Shown here one piece after another: positions 9,280-18,735 of a stretch of DNA of 59,551 nucleotides. Each line of letters opens with the position of its first letter. Positions within the stretch are counted from its first letter, which is position 1. Source of the stretch: an uncultured delta proteobacterium (GTDB lineage: Bacteria; Desulfobacterota; Syntrophia; Syntrophales; UBA2192). A program made the position numbers and the translations under genes. Location of the stretch: the NCBI GenBank assembly GCA_963705165.1, contig CAVPJD010000018.1, positions 1-59,551 on the forward strand. Direction: 5' to 3'. Under the pieces are notes generated by a model. It was not told where the DNA came from and did not search any database. It saw only the letters and a program-made list of their open reading frames with translations.

Positions 9280-9333
9280 TCATTAAACGGCGGCGGGCGA
9301 CACGATCCGACACCGCAACGAGGAAAAGCAACG

Positions 9334-9495
9334 ATGAAATTTCTGGAAAAACTGTTCAGCGCGGGTGGGAATGCCGCGAAAAGAGAGGAAACCGGCCGCA
9401 ACGAGCAATGTCATTGCGGGAGCGGCAAGAAATACAAGCGCTGCTGCATGGAGGGTGACGAAAAGAAGAGAAGGAAGCAGCTCGGCCTGGCCTAG
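9334..9495 (+). CDS. Small SEC-C zinc-binding motif protein (53 aa; not in the ORF track)
   Basis: MKFLEKLFSAGGNAAKREETGRNEQCHCGSGKKYKRCCMEGDEKKRRKQLGLA; RBS GAGG. Confidence 0.85.
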   Translation: MKFLEKLFSAGGNAAKREETGRNEQCHCGSGKKYKRCCMEGDEKKRRKQLGLA

Positions 9496-9510
9496 AGGTG
9501 GGGGAACATT

Positions 9511-9620
9511 CACCCTCACCCCGACCCTCTCCAGGAAGAGGAAGGGGAGTTTTCCCCCTCCTCCACTTCCTCCTCCCACGAGGGGAGGAGAACAGAGGAA
9601 AAGATCTTCATAGGGAGAGG
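9511..9620. repeat. REP-like element (CCCTCACCCCGACCCTCTCC family)
   Basis: Shares a 44-bp block with 3179-3222; between convergent genes. Confidence 0.75.
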
Positions 9621-9660
9621 GAGATCAATGAATGAAGTATTTATAGGCGGGCACCGATCT

Positions 9661-11004
9661 TCAGCCGCCCGCTTTTTCCGCGTACAGATCGTAGATTTCC
9701 GCTGCGGTAATTTTGCAGCGGACGATGTCACCCGCATTGAGCTTCCTGGCGCGCACGTACGTGATCCCGTCGATCTCCGGGGCCTGGAAGCGTGTCCGGC
9801 CGTAAAAAGGGAAATCGGTCCTGTCCGTCTTTCCCTCGATGAGCACCTCCTCCTCCGCCCCGATGCGCGTGAGATTGATCTCGTCCGAGATGGCCGCCTG
9901 GGCCTCCATGATCCGGCCCTGGCGCCGCGACTTCTCCTCTTCCGGCACCTGCCCGGGCATCCCCGCCGCCTCCGTCCCCTCTTCCGGTGAGTACGTAAAG
10001 ACCCCCAGGCTTTCGAAGCGCGTCTCCTCTACAAATTGCAGAAGCCGTTCGAACTGCTCCTCCGTCTCCCCGGGAAATCCGACAATGAGCGACGTTCGGA
10101 GCGCAACCCCCGGAACCGTCTGCCGGATCTCGGCGATCTTCTTCCGGATGAAGGCGGAGGTGCCCTTGCGGTTCATGGAGCGCAACATCCTGTCGTCGAT
10201 GTGCTGCACCGGAATATCGAGGTACCGGCAGATCTTCTCCTCCAGGGCCATCGTGGCGAGAAGCTCCGCGGTGATGTTCTTCGGGTAGGCGTAAAGGAGC
10301 CGGATCCAGCGAGGCCCCTCGACGGCGCAGAGCCGCTTGACAAGACCGTTGAGCGTGGGCCGTCCCCTGAGATCGCGGCCCCAGGCCGTCGTGTCCTGGG
10401 CGATGAGGATCATCTCCCGCGTCCCCTCGGCGGCGAGTCGTTCGGCCTCCGCGGCGATGTCTCCCATGGGCCGGCTCCGGAAGGGACCCCGGATCGCGGG
10501 GATGACGCAGTAGGCGCAGCAGTTCGAGCACCCCTCGGCGATCTTCAGGTAGCTGTAGAACGGTGTGGAGACCGTCCGCGGGGTCGCGGCGTCCATGAGG
10601 AAGAGGGGCTTGCCGACCCCCAGGATAGGGCCTTTTCTCTTGCCTTCGTCGAGGCGCTCGAGGTGCGTGAGGATGGACGGGAAATCGCCCGTGCCGAGGA
10701 AGAGGTCCACCTCCGGCAGCTCCCGGGCAAGCTCGGCGCCATAGCGCTGGGGGAGGCAGCCCGTGACGACAAGCCTCCGGCAGCGTCCCTTTTTCTTCCA
10801 CGCCGCCATCCGGAGGATCTCCTCGATGGATTCCTCCCGGGCGGGGAGGATGAAGGCGCAGGTGTTGACGACGATGGTTTCGGCCCGGTCGGGCCGGTCG
10901 GTGATGCGCAGGCCTGAGCGCGACAGCAGGGCGGAGAGGACCTCGCTGTCGACGAGATTCTTCGGGCAGCCGAGGCTCAAGATGTAAACGCTTTTTTCGC
11001 TCAA
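9661..11004 (-). CDS. rimO: Ribosomal protein S12 methylthiotransferase RimO
   Basis: SLGCPKNLVDSE, NTCAFI, YLKIAEGCSNCCAYCVIP, QAPEIDG and a TRAM domain. Confidence 0.96.
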   Translation of the reverse strand: MSEKSVYILSLGCPKNLVDSEVLSALLSRSGLRITDRPDRAETIVVNTCAFILPAREESIEEILRMAAWKKKGRCRRLVVTGCLPQRYGAELARELPEVDLFLGTGDFPSILTHLERLDEGKRKGPILGVGKPLFLMDAATPRTVSTPFYSYLKIAEGCSNCCAYCVIPAIRGPFRSRPMGDIAAEAERLAAEGTREMILIAQDTTAWGRDLRGRPTLNGLVKRLCAVEGPRWIRLLYAYPKNITAELLATMALEEKICRYLDIPVQHIDDRMLRSMNRKGTSAFIRKKIAEIRQTVPGVALRTSLIVGFPGETEEQFERLLQFVEETRFESLGVFTYSPEEGTEAAGMPGQVPEEEKSRRQGRIMEAQAAISDEINLTRIGAEEEVLIEGKTDRTDFPFYGRTRFQAPEIDGITYVRARKLNAGDIVRCKITAAEIYDLYAEKAGG

Positions 11005-11005
11005 C

Positions 11006-13273
11006 TTAGCGCGGCAGCTTTCTGGCCAGGACCTTTCTCGGTTTCACGCCGTCGGAGGGGCCCACGACCCCCTCTTTCTCCATCCGCTCGATCATCCGGG
11101 CGGCGCGGTTGTAGCCCACCTTGAGGTAGCGCTGCACGAGCGAAACCGAGGCCTGGCCCAGTTCGGTGACCAGCTCCACGGCCTCGTCGTACTTCGCGTC
11201 GAAATCGCCATCGGTCTTTTCCCCTTCCGTGGACTCCGCCTTGAACTTCTGGATCGACTCGTCGTAGACGGGCGTTTCCTGCTTGCGGATGAAGCTCACG
11301 ATGCGCGAGATCTCCCGGTCGGAGACGAAGGCGCCGTGGATGCGCTGGAGCTTCGAGGTGCCCGGGGGCATGAAGAGCATGTCGCCCTGGCCCAGGAGCT
11401 GCTCGGCGCCCAGCTGATCCAGGATCGTCCGCGAGTCCACCTTCGAGGAGACCTGGAAGGAGATGCGCGTGGGGAAGTTCGCCTTGATGATGCCCGTGAT
11501 GACGTCCACGGAGGGCCGCTGGGTCGCCAGGATGAGGTGGATCCCCGAGGCCCGGGCCATCTGGGCAAGCCGCGTGAGCGACTCCTCAACGTTGCGCTGG
11601 GCCACCATCAGCAGATCGGCCAGTTCGTCGATGACGATGACGATGTAGGGAAGCTTCGCCGGCAACGGCCTGGGCGGCGCTCCGGCCGCATCCTCCATGG
11701 GCAGCTGCGCCTGCCCCTCCTCGATGATCCGCTCGCGCCCCTGCTGCTTTTTCTCCACGAAGCGGTTGAACTTGTCGATGCTCTTCTCGCCCGTCTCGCC
11801 GATGATGCGGTAGCGGCTCTCCATCTCCTCGACGGCCCAGCGCAGCACCTGGGCGGCCTCCTTGGGGTCCACCACGACGGGGTGCAGCAGTTGCGGGAGC
11901 CCCTCGTAGGCTGCAAGCTCGAGGCGCTTGGGGTCGATGAGCAGAAATTTCACCTCGTCGGGGGGCGCCTTGAAAAGCAGGCTGCAGATGAGCGCGTTGA
12001 GAAAGACGCTTTTGCCGGAGCCCGTCGTCCCCGCGATGAGCAGGTGGGGCATCCGGACGAGATCGGCGATCACGGGCATCCCCGTGATGTCCTCGCCCAG
12101 CGCGATGGGAAGCCGGTGCTTGGCCTGGGCGAAGGCCTCGTTGTCGATGGCGTCGCGGAGGTAGACGGCGTCGCGCTCGGGGTTGGGGATCTCGATCCCG
12201 ATGGCGGCCTTGCCGGGGATGGGCGCGACGATGCGCACGCTGGGGGCCTTGAGGGCGAGGGCCAAATCGTCGGAGAGGTTCGCGATCCGGTTGATCTTCA
12301 CGCCCGGCGCGGGCTCGAGCTCGTACATGGTGATGACGGGCCCCGGCTTGACCTCCGTGACCTTTCCCTCGACGCCGAAGTCGGCGAGCTTCTTTTCCAG
12401 GAGCCGGGCATTGGCGATCAGGTTTTCGCGCCGCTGCTTCGTGTCCCTGCGGGGTACATCGTCGAGCAGGGTGAGCGGCGGAAGCATATAAGCCCCCTTC
12501 GGCTCGGCGAACTCGAAGATGGCCTGCTCGATCTTCTTCTTTCTCGTTCTCTCCGGCGCCGGGGCCTTCTCCTCGCGGATTACGGGGGGCGGCCGCTTTC
12601 CGGCTTTTTGGGGTTGATCCCGCTCGTCGCTCTCCTCTTCGCTCATATAGTCCGTCATCTTCTCCCGCCCGAGCTCCGCGTAGGAGCGAATCCCGCGGCC
12701 GGTGCTCCGGGCGACGGCGGCAGCTTTCCGCAGCGCCGTGACGACGGAGAGGTCCACCGTGACGATGAGCGAGACGATGAGGCCCACGAGGAGGAAGATA
12801 AAGGTCCCGCCGGGGTTGAACAGGGCGTTGAGGTATTCGGAGAGCAGCGTGCCGGCGAACCCGCCTGCCGCGAAGGGTGAATCAATGAGCGGGATGAGCT
12901 TGTAGGCATGGGCAAAGAGCCCCGAGGTCGTCACGACGAGACCGATGAACCCGCCGATCCAGCCCGGCCGGAAGAGGAAGCCCGCATCGAGGAAAAGCTT
13001 CACCGAGGTAATGAGCAGAAACAGCGGCAGCCAGTAGGCGGAAAGCCCCAGGAACCGGATCAGGATGTCGGCCAGGTAGGATCCGAAGATGCCGCCGATG
13101 TTGGAGATCTTCGACGTCGAGGTCTCGTAGTTGGAGAGCGACGGGTCCGTCGGGGTATAGGAGATCACGGCCAGGAACAGAAAGACCGCCAGGGCGAAGA
13201 GAATCACCCCCGCGATTTCCCGCGCCCGCCCCTGCAGTGGTTTTCGATCAGGCATGTTTTTTCTTTGCTTCAT
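11006..13273 (-). CDS. ftsK: DNA translocase FtsK
   Basis: N-terminal TMs, PHLLIAGTTGSGKS, IDPKRLEL, IDELADL, ATQRPSVDVITG, gamma domain QRYLKVGYNRAAR. Confidence 0.97.
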   Translation of the reverse strand: MKQRKNMPDRKPLQGRAREIAGVILFALAVFLFLAVISYTPTDPSLSNYETSTSKISNIGGIFGSYLADILIRFLGLSAYWLPLFLLITSVKLFLDAGFLFRPGWIGGFIGLVVTTSGLFAHAYKLIPLIDSPFAAGGFAGTLLSEYLNALFNPGGTFIFLLVGLIVSLIVTVDLSVVTALRKAAAVARSTGRGIRSYAELGREKMTDYMSEEESDERDQPQKAGKRPPPVIREEKAPAPERTRKKKIEQAIFEFAEPKGAYMLPPLTLLDDVPRRDTKQRRENLIANARLLEKKLADFGVEGKVTEVKPGPVITMYELEPAPGVKINRIANLSDDLALALKAPSVRIVAPIPGKAAIGIEIPNPERDAVYLRDAIDNEAFAQAKHRLPIALGEDITGMPVIADLVRMPHLLIAGTTGSGKSVFLNALICSLLFKAPPDEVKFLLIDPKRLELAAYEGLPQLLHPVVVDPKEAAQVLRWAVEEMESRYRIIGETGEKSIDKFNRFVEKKQQGRERIIEEGQAQLPMEDAAGAPPRPLPAKLPYIVIVIDELADLLMVAQRNVEESLTRLAQMARASGIHLILATQRPSVDVITGIIKANFPTRISFQVSSKVDSRTILDQLGAEQLLGQGDMLFMPPGTSKLQRIHGAFVSDREISRIVSFIRKQETPVYDESIQKFKAESTEGEKTDGDFDAKYDEAVELVTELGQASVSLVQRYLKVGYNRAARMIERMEKEGVVGPSDGVKPRKVLARKLPR

Positions 13274-13364
13274 CTTCGTCTCATTCAGCCTGTACCGGGC
13301 AGCGATTATTCACCCCGGCCTTGTTCGTGGTTCGTCGGGCTCACCATGGCTGCTCACGACACCG

Positions 13365-13402
13365 CTCTCCCCTCGAGGGAGAGTGAGATCAGGGTAAGGG
13401 GC
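13365..13402. repeat. Truncated REP-like CTCTCCC/GGGAGAG element
   Basis: ctctcccctcgagggagag...agggtaagggg resembles the copies at 3139 and 27298. Confidence 0.55.
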
Positions 13403-13406
13403 TTTC

Positions 13407-14150
13407 TTAGGCGGCCCGCGCCTGTTTCAGGGCCATCTCAGGCCTCCGGAGATAGTAGTGCGAGGTCACGACGTCGTAGACCCGGTTGAGCAGCTCATCG
13501 ACGGTCTCCTCGGTGTATCCGGTCACGTCGATGGGCTTGTCGATGACCAGGATGACCTTTCCGGGATGGACCCGGAGAGACTTCGTGGGCATGATCTCCC
13601 CGCTTCCGATGATCGTGACCGGCACGATGGGGACCCCCGCCTTCAGGGCCAGGTGAAAAACCCCTTTCTTGAAGGGGTGGATCTGCCCGTCCATGCTTCT
13701 CGTCCCCTCGGGGAAGGTCATGACCGATTTGCCTTCCCGGATTCTGCGGGCCGCATCGTGGATGCTCCGCATGGACCTCACGAAATTCTTCCGGTCGATG
13801 GCGATGGAGCCCGTTTTCGCCAGGGCGTGGCCGAAGACGGGGATGTTGAACAGCTCCTTCTTGGCGATCCAGGCAAAATAGGTGTCCACGTGGGCCAGGA
13901 CGATCAGGATATCGAACCCGCTCTGATGATTGGCCATGAAGACCTGCGGCCTGCCCCTGAGCACGTTCTGCTGCCCGACGACCTCCACCTTGACACTCGT
14001 GATCCAGAGAAGCATCCTGGCCCAGAGGACGGAAACCCGATGGGTCGTGTACTCCCCGCGGGGAAAGAGGCCGTAGGAGACAACGACAAAGAACGAGACG
14101 AAAGCGGTAATCGATGTCCCCAGGATGACCAGGATGGCCGAACGGAACAT
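13407..14150 (-). CDS. plsC: 1-acyl-sn-glycerol-3-phosphate acyltransferase
   Basis: NHQSGFD, AKKELF, IDR, FPEGTRS, FKKG, PIVPV. Confidence 0.93.
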   Translation of the reverse strand: MFRSAILVILGTSITAFVSFFVVVSYGLFPRGEYTTHRVSVLWARMLLWITSVKVEVVGQQNVLRGRPQVFMANHQSGFDILIVLAHVDTYFAWIAKKELFNIPVFGHALAKTGSIAIDRKNFVRSMRSIHDAARRIREGKSVMTFPEGTRSMDGQIHPFKKGVFHLALKAGVPIVPVTIIGSGEIMPTKSLRVHPGKVILVIDKPIDVTGYTEETVDELLNRVYDVVTSHYYLRRPEMALKQARAA

Positions 14151-14292
14151 AAGGGTCCTGAAAAAGGCAATGATATTTGAAAATTAACCTGTTATTTCTA
14201 CTTGATATGCCTGTTGAAGTCAACAGGGAATCTGGCCGCTTTCCGCGCAAACCCAGCCCTTTCGGGCCTCTCGGCCGCTTGCGATAATTTCG

Positions 14293-14321
14293 TTGCGAAG
14301 AGGGGCGGTCTTATATATGAT
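14293..14321 (+). promoter_or_regulatory. Putative sigma-70 promoter upstream of ssb
   Basis: TTGCGA-17 nt-TATGAT. Confidence 0.5.
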
Positions 14322-14404
14322 GACCCTCGCCCTTGAACCTCTAGCGGTCATCAGGGGTCAATACTACAACCGCCGTATCGACGCACCCGGCTGCAGATGC
14401 ACGG

Positions 14405-14502
14405 GAAGCTAAGAAGTTAGGAGGTTAAGAAGTTAGGAAAAGAGTCGGAGCAACCCCGTTTTCCCCGTTCCGATCTTCCTATCTTCTTAACTTCTTAACT
14501 TC
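14405..14502. repeat. Inverted pair of 8-mer tandem arrays (GAAGTTAA/GAAGTTAG and TTAACTTC)
   Basis: Read directly, within the ssb upstream region. Confidence 0.8.
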
Positions 14503-14587
14503 GCTTGGCCATCGAATCTGTGCCGGAAGAAGCCGTGACAGGAACTGTCCGGGAAGACGCGCTTGATAGGCAAGAAGGGGGGAACTG

Positions 14588-15001
14588 ATGGTTAATAAGG
14601 TTATCCTGGTCGGCAGGCTCGGGGCGGATCCCGAAGTGCGCTACATGCAGGACGGGACAATGGTAACGAACTTCCGGCTCGCCACGGACGAGCAGTGGAA
14701 GGACAAGAGCGGGGAGAAGGTTCAGCGCACGGAGTGGCACCGGGTCGTCGCTTTTCGAAAACTGGCCGAGATCTGCGGGAATTTTCTGTCCAAGGGAAGG
14801 CTTGTCTACATCGAGGGGAAGATGCAGACGAGATCCTGGGAAGACAAGGATGGGCAGAAACGATTCACGACGGAGATCGTCGCGTCCAACATGCAGATGC
14901 TCGAGTCCAAAGGCGGCGGCCGGGAAGAGCCCGGTGCCGGCAGCGGAGCGCCCCCCTACGGCGGAGGCGAGCAGCCCCCCGACGAGGATGTGCCGTTCTG
15001 A
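14588..15001 (+). CDS. ssb: Single-stranded DNA-binding protein
   Basis: [32 protein letters not shown]-terminal DEDVPF. Confidence 0.97.
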   Translation: MVNKVILVGRLGADPEVRYMQDGTMVTNFRLATDEQWKDKSGEKVQRTEWHRVVAFRKLAEICGNFLSKGRLVYIEGKMQTRSWEDKDGQKRFTTEIVASNMQMLESKGGGREEPGAGSGAPPYGGGEQPPDEDVPF

Positions 15002-15004
15002 AGA

Positions 15005-15044
15005 CAGGCTAAAGGCGAAAGGTAAAAGGCTAAAGGCTACAGGC
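15005..15044 (+). repeat. 7-mer tandem array (AAGGCTA-like)
   Basis: caggcta aaggcga aaggtaa aaggcta aaggcta caggc. Confidence 0.75.
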
Positions 15045-15080
15045 AGGAAAGCCCGGTTGCTTGACCGGGCTTTCCTTTTT
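15045..15080 (+). terminator. Intrinsic terminator of ssb
   Basis: AGGAAAGCCCGGT/ACCGGGCTTTCCT stem followed by a T-run. Confidence 0.85.
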
Positions 15081-15158
15081 GCGCTGTAGAGGGATGTGCG
15101 TTCGGGGACCTGCAGGTCGCAGGGTTTGCTGCCCCTCATCTGCCCGACGGGATCGGCG

Positions 15159-15338
15159 CTATTTCTTGTCCTCGAGTTTTTTCGCCTCGGCTTCTTCCTC
15201 GCCTTCCTTGGAGGATTTCTTGAAATTCCGGATCCCCTTGCCGATGGCGCCCCCGATTTCGGGGAGTTTCCCCGCCCCGAAGACAATGAGGATGATGACG
15301 AGGATGACGATCAGCTCTGGCATTCCCAATCCAAACAT
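15159..15338 (-). CDS. tatA: Twin-arginine translocase subunit TatA (59 aa; not in the ORF track)
   Basis: [41 protein letters not shown]. Confidence 0.95.
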   Translation of the reverse strand: MFGLGMPELIVILVIILIVFGAGKLPEIGGAIGKGIRNFKKSSKEGEEEAEAKKLEDKK

Positions 15339-15401
15339 GGTTGCTTTCTCCTTGTATCCACAGCTCCCCCGCGCTTGATGCCGGGGGGGGTCACGATGAT
15401 T

Positions 15402-16391
15402 TTATTCCGCGGCCGGTTTCGTGGCCGGTTCCATGGCCGGTTTCAACTCTTCAGGTTTCTTTTTCTCCGTGCGCTTTCCCTCCGGGTAGACCAGGTGTAT
15501 CACTTCGCCGCGCTTCCCGGGGCTCCCCAGGGATTGTCCCTGGAATGTGATCTGGACACCGCCCGCATTCCCGAGATCGACGGTGATCCTCTCCTTCGCC
15601 TCGGTCGTCAGCTTTTCCCCCGCCTGCATGAGTTTTTGCACGGCCGGCGTCTTGTCGGCCTTCACCTGGACCCAGGCCGCTTCGGTGGCTTCGATCGTCA
15701 GGCTGAGGGCTCCCGCGGCAGACGGTGCCGGCGGTGGCGGCTTCTTCTTCTCCGCGGGGGGCGGGGCTTCCGGCATCTTCTGCTCCGGGGCGGCCGTTTG
15801 TGTCGGGGCCGCTTGCGGCACCGCCGTCTGAACTGCGGCCTGCTGCGGGGCTGCTTCCGGCGGTTGGACCGCGGGGGCCTGCGGCGCTTCGACGGGAGGC
15901 GTCTCCGGCATTTTTTCGGGCGGTTTCACGGCCTCCCGGGCCGTCGTTTTCACCTGAACGGGCCTCTCCCCGCTGTCCTTGAAGACGTAGATGCCCAGGA
16001 TCACGACCACGGCCAGGGCGAGGACTGACCAGCCGAGCCTGCCCCCCATGCTTCCCAGCCTGTCGAATACGGCATTTTCCGCGCGCGCCTCGCGGACCTG
16101 CGCCTTCGGCGCCTCGGGCGGGGGGGCGGGCATGGTCTTTTCAATATATTTTGCGTATCGCGTCAGGATCGGGCCTGCGTCCACCCCCAGAAGCCCCGCA
16201 TAGGTATTGATGAAGGTCTTCGTGTAGACGGGCTCCGGCAGATCCTCAAAGCTTCCGCTCTCGATAGATTCCAGGAAAGACGGCCGAATCTTGTACCGTT
16301 GGGCGATGTCTTCCAGCCGGAGGCCTTTCGATTCCCGAATGCGTTTCAGCTCCTGGGAAAACTCGTCTCTCTGCAGCTCCGTTTTATTCAC
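15402..16391 (-). CDS. rodZ: Cytoskeleton protein RodZ (HTH-TM-DUF4115)
   Basis: HTH LKRIRESKGLRLEDIA...LP..VYTKTFINTYA, TM segment, Pro/Ala linker, C-terminal LGNAGGV; GTG start assumed. Confidence 0.88.
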   Translation of the reverse strand: MNKTELQRDEFSQELKRIRESKGLRLEDIAQRYKIRPSFLESIESGSFEDLPEPVYTKTFINTYAGLLGVDAGPILTRYAKYIEKTMPAPPPEAPKAQVREARAENAVFDRLGSMGGRLGWSVLALAVVVILGIYVFKDSGERPVQVKTTAREAVKPPEKMPETPPVEAPQAPAVQPPEAAPQQAAVQTAVPQAAPTQTAAPEQKMPEAPPPAEKKKPPPPAPSAAGALSLTIEATEAAWVQVKADKTPAVQKLMQAGEKLTTEAKERITVDLGNAGGVQITFQGQSLGSPGKRGEVIHLVYPEGKRTEKKKPEELKPAMEPATKPAAE

Positions 16392-16549
16392 GGTTTTGCC
16401 TGTATGCCTTCCTGGTTCGCGAGTTTTGGCTAGGAGTATCACCAATTTGCGAGGTGCGCAACAGAAAATGTCCCGGCCTCCGGGGGAGGTTTTTCTCTTC
16501 ACAGGAGAGGCCCGATGAGATAAGGTAAACCGCTTTTAACGACATCCGG

Positions 16550-17377
16550 ATGGTGGCCATGGGATCGTACAGAGATTTTGCCGTGGAGATTGCCCTCGAG
16601 GCAGGGAAGTTCCTGAAGGGGAAATTTCACGAGACGCACGACATTACCTACAAGGGGGAGATCGACCTCGTCACGGAGGCCGACCGGGGTTGCGAGGCGC
16701 TGTTGATTGCCCGCATCGAAAAGGCCTTCCCGGGTCACGGGATCCTGGCCGAGGAAACAAGGGGATCGGCGCAGACAAAAGAGTTCACCTGGATCATCGA
16801 CCCCCTGGACGGGACGACAAACTATGCCCACCACTATCCCGTGTTCTGCGTTTCCATCGCCCTGCAGCGCGATGGGGAGGTGATCGTCGGGGCGATCTGC
16901 AATCCCATGATGGAAGAGCTTTTCGTCGTCGAGAAGGGCAAGGGGGCCTTTCTGAACGGGAAGCGTCTTGCCGTCTCGGCTACTGCCGAGCTCACGAGGG
17001 GTCTCCTCTCCACGGGCTTTCCCTATGACATCCGGGTCAACCCCGACAACAACATGAACTACTTCGCCGCCATGGCCGTCCGGGCACAGGCCATCCGGAG
17101 GGCAGGGGCGGCCGCCCTGGATCTGGCCTACGTGGCGGCAGGGCGTTTCGACGGTTTCTGGGAACTGAAACTGCACCCCTGGGACACGGCGGCAGGATGC
17201 CTCATGGTCACCGAAGCGGGCGGGGTGGTGACGGATCTCTTCGGCGGCCCCTTCGATCTGTACTCGCCCCACATCCTGGCGACAAACGGAGGGATTCACG
17301 GGGCGATGGAGGAGATCCTCCGCGGGACAGACCCGATGGATGCAAGGCTCAAGAAGGGACCGGGGACGCGGGGGTAG
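16550..17377 (+). CDS. suhB: Inositol monophosphatase family protein
   Basis: DLVTEAD, WIIDPLDGTTNY, RRAGAAALDL, WDTAAG. Confidence 0.93.
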   Translation: MVAMGSYRDFAVEIALEAGKFLKGKFHETHDITYKGEIDLVTEADRGCEALLIARIEKAFPGHGILAEETRGSAQTKEFTWIIDPLDGTTNYAHHYPVFCVSIALQRDGEVIVGAICNPMMEELFVVEKGKGAFLNGKRLAVSATAELTRGLLSTGFPYDIRVNPDNNMNYFAAMAVRAQAIRRAGAAALDLAYVAAGRFDGFWELKLHPWDTAAGCLMVTEAGGVVTDLFGGPFDLYSPHILATNGGIHGAMEEILRGTDPMDARLKKGPGTRG

Positions 17378-17388
17378 GGACCTGGGGA

Positions 17389-17525
17389 AGCCGACAGCCG
17401 ACAGTCAACAGCCGACAGCCAAGAGCGAAAAGCCAACAGCCAGCAGAAGACAGAAAATCCCCCGGGATCGAAGAACCGGGGGATTTATTTTTTAGCTGTG
17501 GACTGTAGGCTGTAGACTGTCGGCT
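17389..17525. repeat. Inverted 7-mer arrays (AGCCGAC / GTCGGCT-like) enclosing a terminator
   Basis: Left arm 17389-17449, right arm 17494-17525. Confidence 0.8.
17454..17493. terminator. Bidirectional intrinsic terminator between suhB and ino1
   Basis: AAAATCCCCCGG/CCGGGGGATTT stem with flanking A and T runs. Confidence 0.8.
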
Positions 17526-18620
17526 TTATTTACCCTTGATGAAGGCTTCCGTCATCTCGCAGGCTTCCTCGTCGGTGAACTGCCGGGGCGGGTGCTTCAT
17601 GAAATAGGCCGAGGGGCCGTAGAGGATGCCGCCGATCCCTTGGTCGAGGGCGATCTTGCAGCAGCGGATGGCGTCGATGACGACTCCGCCCGAGTTGGGC
17701 GAATCCTCGACGGAGAGCCTCATCTCCAGGTGCATGGGCACGTTCCCGAAGATACTTCCCTCCATCCTGAGGAAACAGACCTTGTTGTCCTTCTGCCAGG
17801 CCACCCAGTCGCTGGGGCCGATGTGGATGTTTTCCGGGGCGAGCCGCTTGCCCGTCTGGGACTGCACGGCTTCCGTCTTGGAGATGCGCTTCGATTTCAG
17901 GCGGCTGCGGTCCAGCATGTTGAGGAAGTCCGTGTTGCCCCCCGTGTTGAGCTGGTAGGTTCTCTCGAGCTTCACCCCCCGCAGGTTGAAGAGGTGCGTG
18001 AGCACACGGTGGATGATGGTGGCCCCGAGCTGGCTCTTGACGTCGTCGCCGATGATGGGAAGGCCCTTCTTTTCAAACCGCGCCGCCCACTCGGGGTCGC
18101 TGGCGATGAAGACGGGGATGTTGTTGATCAAGGCAACACCGGCCTCGAGGGCGCAGCCCGCATAAAACCGCGTCGCCTCCTCGGAGCCCGCCGGCAGGTA
18201 GTTGAGCAGGATTTCAGCCCCCGAATCCCTCAGGGCTCTCACCACGTCCTTCTTCGTGGCCTCCTTCTGCTTTGCGGGCACGAAGGCAAACCGGGGGTCG
18301 TACTGGCTCATGTGGGGGGCGACACTGTCGAGCATCTTCCCCATCGTCACCCTGGTCCCTGTTTTCCGGACCCTGGGCTGAAAGACGGTGGTGCAGTTGG
18401 GGGGCTGGAAAATGGCCTCGGCGATGTCTCTTCCGACCTTGCGGCGGTCGATGTCAAAGGCGCAGACGACCTCGATGTCGGAGGGCCGGTAGCCGCCGAG
18501 ATCCCAGTGCATCAGGCCGATCAGGTCCTTCGGTGATTTCTTCCGGTAGTACTCGATTCCCTGGATCAGAGAAGAGGCGCAGTTTCCGATCCCAGCAATT
18601 GCAATCCGGACCTTCCCCAA
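17526..18620 (-). CDS. ino1: myo-inositol-1-phosphate synthase
   Basis: GIGNCASSL, NYLP.GS, GDDVKSQLGAT, YQLNTGGNTDFLNM, SKRISKT, EDSPNSGG, FMKHPP. Confidence 0.95.
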   Translation of the reverse strand: MGKVRIAIAGIGNCASSLIQGIEYYRKKSPKDLIGLMHWDLGGYRPSDIEVVCAFDIDRRKVGRDIAEAIFQPPNCTTVFQPRVRKTGTRVTMGKMLDSVAPHMSQYDPRFAFVPAKQKEATKKDVVRALRDSGAEILLNYLPAGSEEATRFYAGCALEAGVALINNIPVFIASDPEWAARFEKKGLPIIGDDVKSQLGATIIHRVLTHLFNLRGVKLERTYQLNTGGNTDFLNMLDRSRLKSKRISKTEAVQSQTGKRLAPENIHIGPSDWVAWQKDNKVCFLRMEGSIFGNVPMHLEMRLSVEDSPNSGGVVIDAIRCCKIALDQGIGGILYGPSAYFMKHPPRQFTDEEACEMTEAFIKGK

Positions 18621-18735
18621 AGTATTTCCCCCTTCTGGCCGATTGAAAAAAAACGATGCGGATGTGCTCGCAAGCGATACTCTTACAACAATTCCCCGGA
18701 CAATTCAACGGGAAGGATGCAAAAAGAAAAGAGGT

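Noticed and set aside
14328..14587. Considered as 6S RNA or SRP RNA
   Set aside because: Lacks the SRP domain IV sequence and a recognisable 6S central bubble; kept only as an unknown structured leader
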